Positions 62,340-64,000 of a stretch of DNA of 64,000 bases are shown here, piece after piece. The DNA comes from the human T2T-CHM13v2.0 reference genome, Homo sapiens. The translations under genes were made by a program, and so were the position numbers. Under the pieces are notes generated by a model. It did no database searches. It was given only the letters and a program-made list of their open reading frames with translations, and was not told where the DNA came from. The DNA is taken from the NCBI RefSeq assembly GCF_009914755.1, contig NC_060927.1. One strand, given 5' to 3'. Numbering within the stretch: the stretch's first letter is position 1; every line of letters begins with the position of its first letter.

Positions 62340-62990
62340 TATAGTAAAGAACTTAACCTATCCAAAGAGAGGTTTGGCCTTTGTCCTTGGCTTTGGGGGA
62401 GGTAATTTCTAAGCCCTTGGAATGTCATAGCCGAAAATAGTATCTTTGTTTGTCTGGGGGCCTTGGACCAGCAGATAGTAACAATGTGTTTTTGAGAGGG
62501 GAGTTTTGGGCATTCTGTATCAACTTGGCCTCCTGGAGAGCCAGAAAGAGATATCAGTCATGTGAGTAGTCAACCATGCTTACCCTTGCTCCTATCATGA
62601 TGCAGCCCCAGGAAGGACTCTGGACACCAAGGTTCAGTTGAGATTTTCTGCTTGGCAGTAGTCTGTGCAAGGTGTCACACATCGTCGCCAAAGAAAGTAA
62701 TGCCGTCCATGACTCCATGGGGAGAGTACCATAGAAGTTCCACATTTACAACTTTTCCTGGACTTGGCTCTATGACCTCTTCTCTAGGCTGATTTTATTC
62801 TGTATCCTTTTGCTGTAATAAACCATAACCATGAGTACACAGTTTTCTATGAATTCTGTGAGTCCTTCTAGTGAATTATTGAAACTAGCAGTGGTTTTGG
62901 GAATTCCTTGAATTTGCGATTTGTGTCAGGAGTGAGAGCAATCTTTTGTGGACTGTGTTCTCTGACTTTGTGGTTGTCTCAAACTCACAG
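62340..62990 (+). mobile_element. MER21/MER77-group LTR
   Basis: tagtaaagaactt...ccaaagagagg...ctaagcccttggaatgtcat...ctgtatccttttgctgtaataaaccataaccatgagta...tgtgagtccttctagtgaattattgaa. Confidence 0.65.
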
Positions 62991-64000
62991 TAAATGTAAA
63001 AACATATATTTGTTTTGTTTGAGTTTTGTTCAAAAGTTATAAAACCAAGTATCTAGAACAATTTTTAGTATGTAGTAGTCATTTATTAAATATTAGAATG
63101 AAGAAATGAATGAAGGTAGCTGAAAAGTATAAGAAATTAAGAGAAAATCGATTTGTAAAATCCAATATTATAGAACCACATCAAGAAAAGCTTCCAAAAA
63201 ATGCATAACTAAGACTCTTTTATTATATTTTTAAGTAATATTGTGCCATTTGCTATCTTCAAAGAGTTGCCTCTGTCAGTCACAACTCTCAGAAGTCTTA
63301 GGGATTATATATTAGGTGTTTATACTATTTGGGAGTCTCGGGGATTACGTGTTTGCAGTTTATAGGAGTCACCACCAGATGGTGATATTTTTATTAGGTA
63401 ATAAGTTTTTGCCTTCAGATACATCAATTTATAGAGAAAAGAGAAAACTATACAAAATATAGTATTTATTAATAAGAAGAACAATATAACTATACAAGGG
63501 TAAGGTATTTGGCTATATCACAAGATATCTAGAAAGGTATTTCCTCTACTAGAAACACACTTTTATAATCAATCACTCTAAAGAGTAAGCAGACTTAAGT
63601 AAACTTATGTAGTTTAACCTTCTCCTCCCTTAACAAGGATTTGGAGCGTCATTCATGCTTAGGCACAGCTCTAGTAGATTTTTCTTGTATATTCAGCTAT
63701 TGTTGGCTTGGAGTTTGAAGTGTTACAGGTTAGTAATATGGTGCTGATTAGCCTTTCAAACTAAGACTTTGGGCTAAATAATACTGGTGTTGTTTCAATG
63801 CAGCAGAATTTTTATGTGCATCCATTATACAGTTAATTCAACAACCAAGGGCAATTAAATGGGAATATCCTAATTATTTTTCCAATTCCCCCAGTTTAAG
63901 CCCTTGTCCAGTTAAAATAAAATGAGACGGAAAATGGGTATTATTGTCTTCTATCTATTTCTTAATGCTCTTTAAACCTTGATTTCTGTTATAATCTCCA

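Overview
Primate genomic DNA, very probably human because it carries a near-consensus AluYa5. It contains the complete DHX36 gene (RHAU/G4R1, a DEAH-box G-quadruplex resolvase) on the minus strand. I reconstructed 25 GT-AG coding exons by hand (52674 to 4449; 3027 nt = 1008 aa plus stop) with consistent phases and all DEAH/RHA motifs. The gene has a TATA-less CpG-island promoter at about 52.3-53.0 kb, tandem proximal poly(A) signals near 3.97-3.99 kb and a possible distal site near 0.84 kb. The rest is intronic or intergenic: about 30 Alus, L1/L2/MIR, MER DNA transposons, two nested LTR stacks with readable TSDs, and a U13 (SNORD13) retrocopy. I found no convincing wholly new gene or system. 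The best leads are a G-quadruplex-forming tract at the start of the G4-resolvase's own CDS (possible autoregulation), a perfect 35-bp inverted repeat in intron 17, a (UG)15 tract beside the exon 15 acceptor, a young AluYa5, and several template-switch or retrotransposition scars. Repeat family names come from recalled consensus sequences, and repeat boundaries are approximate.
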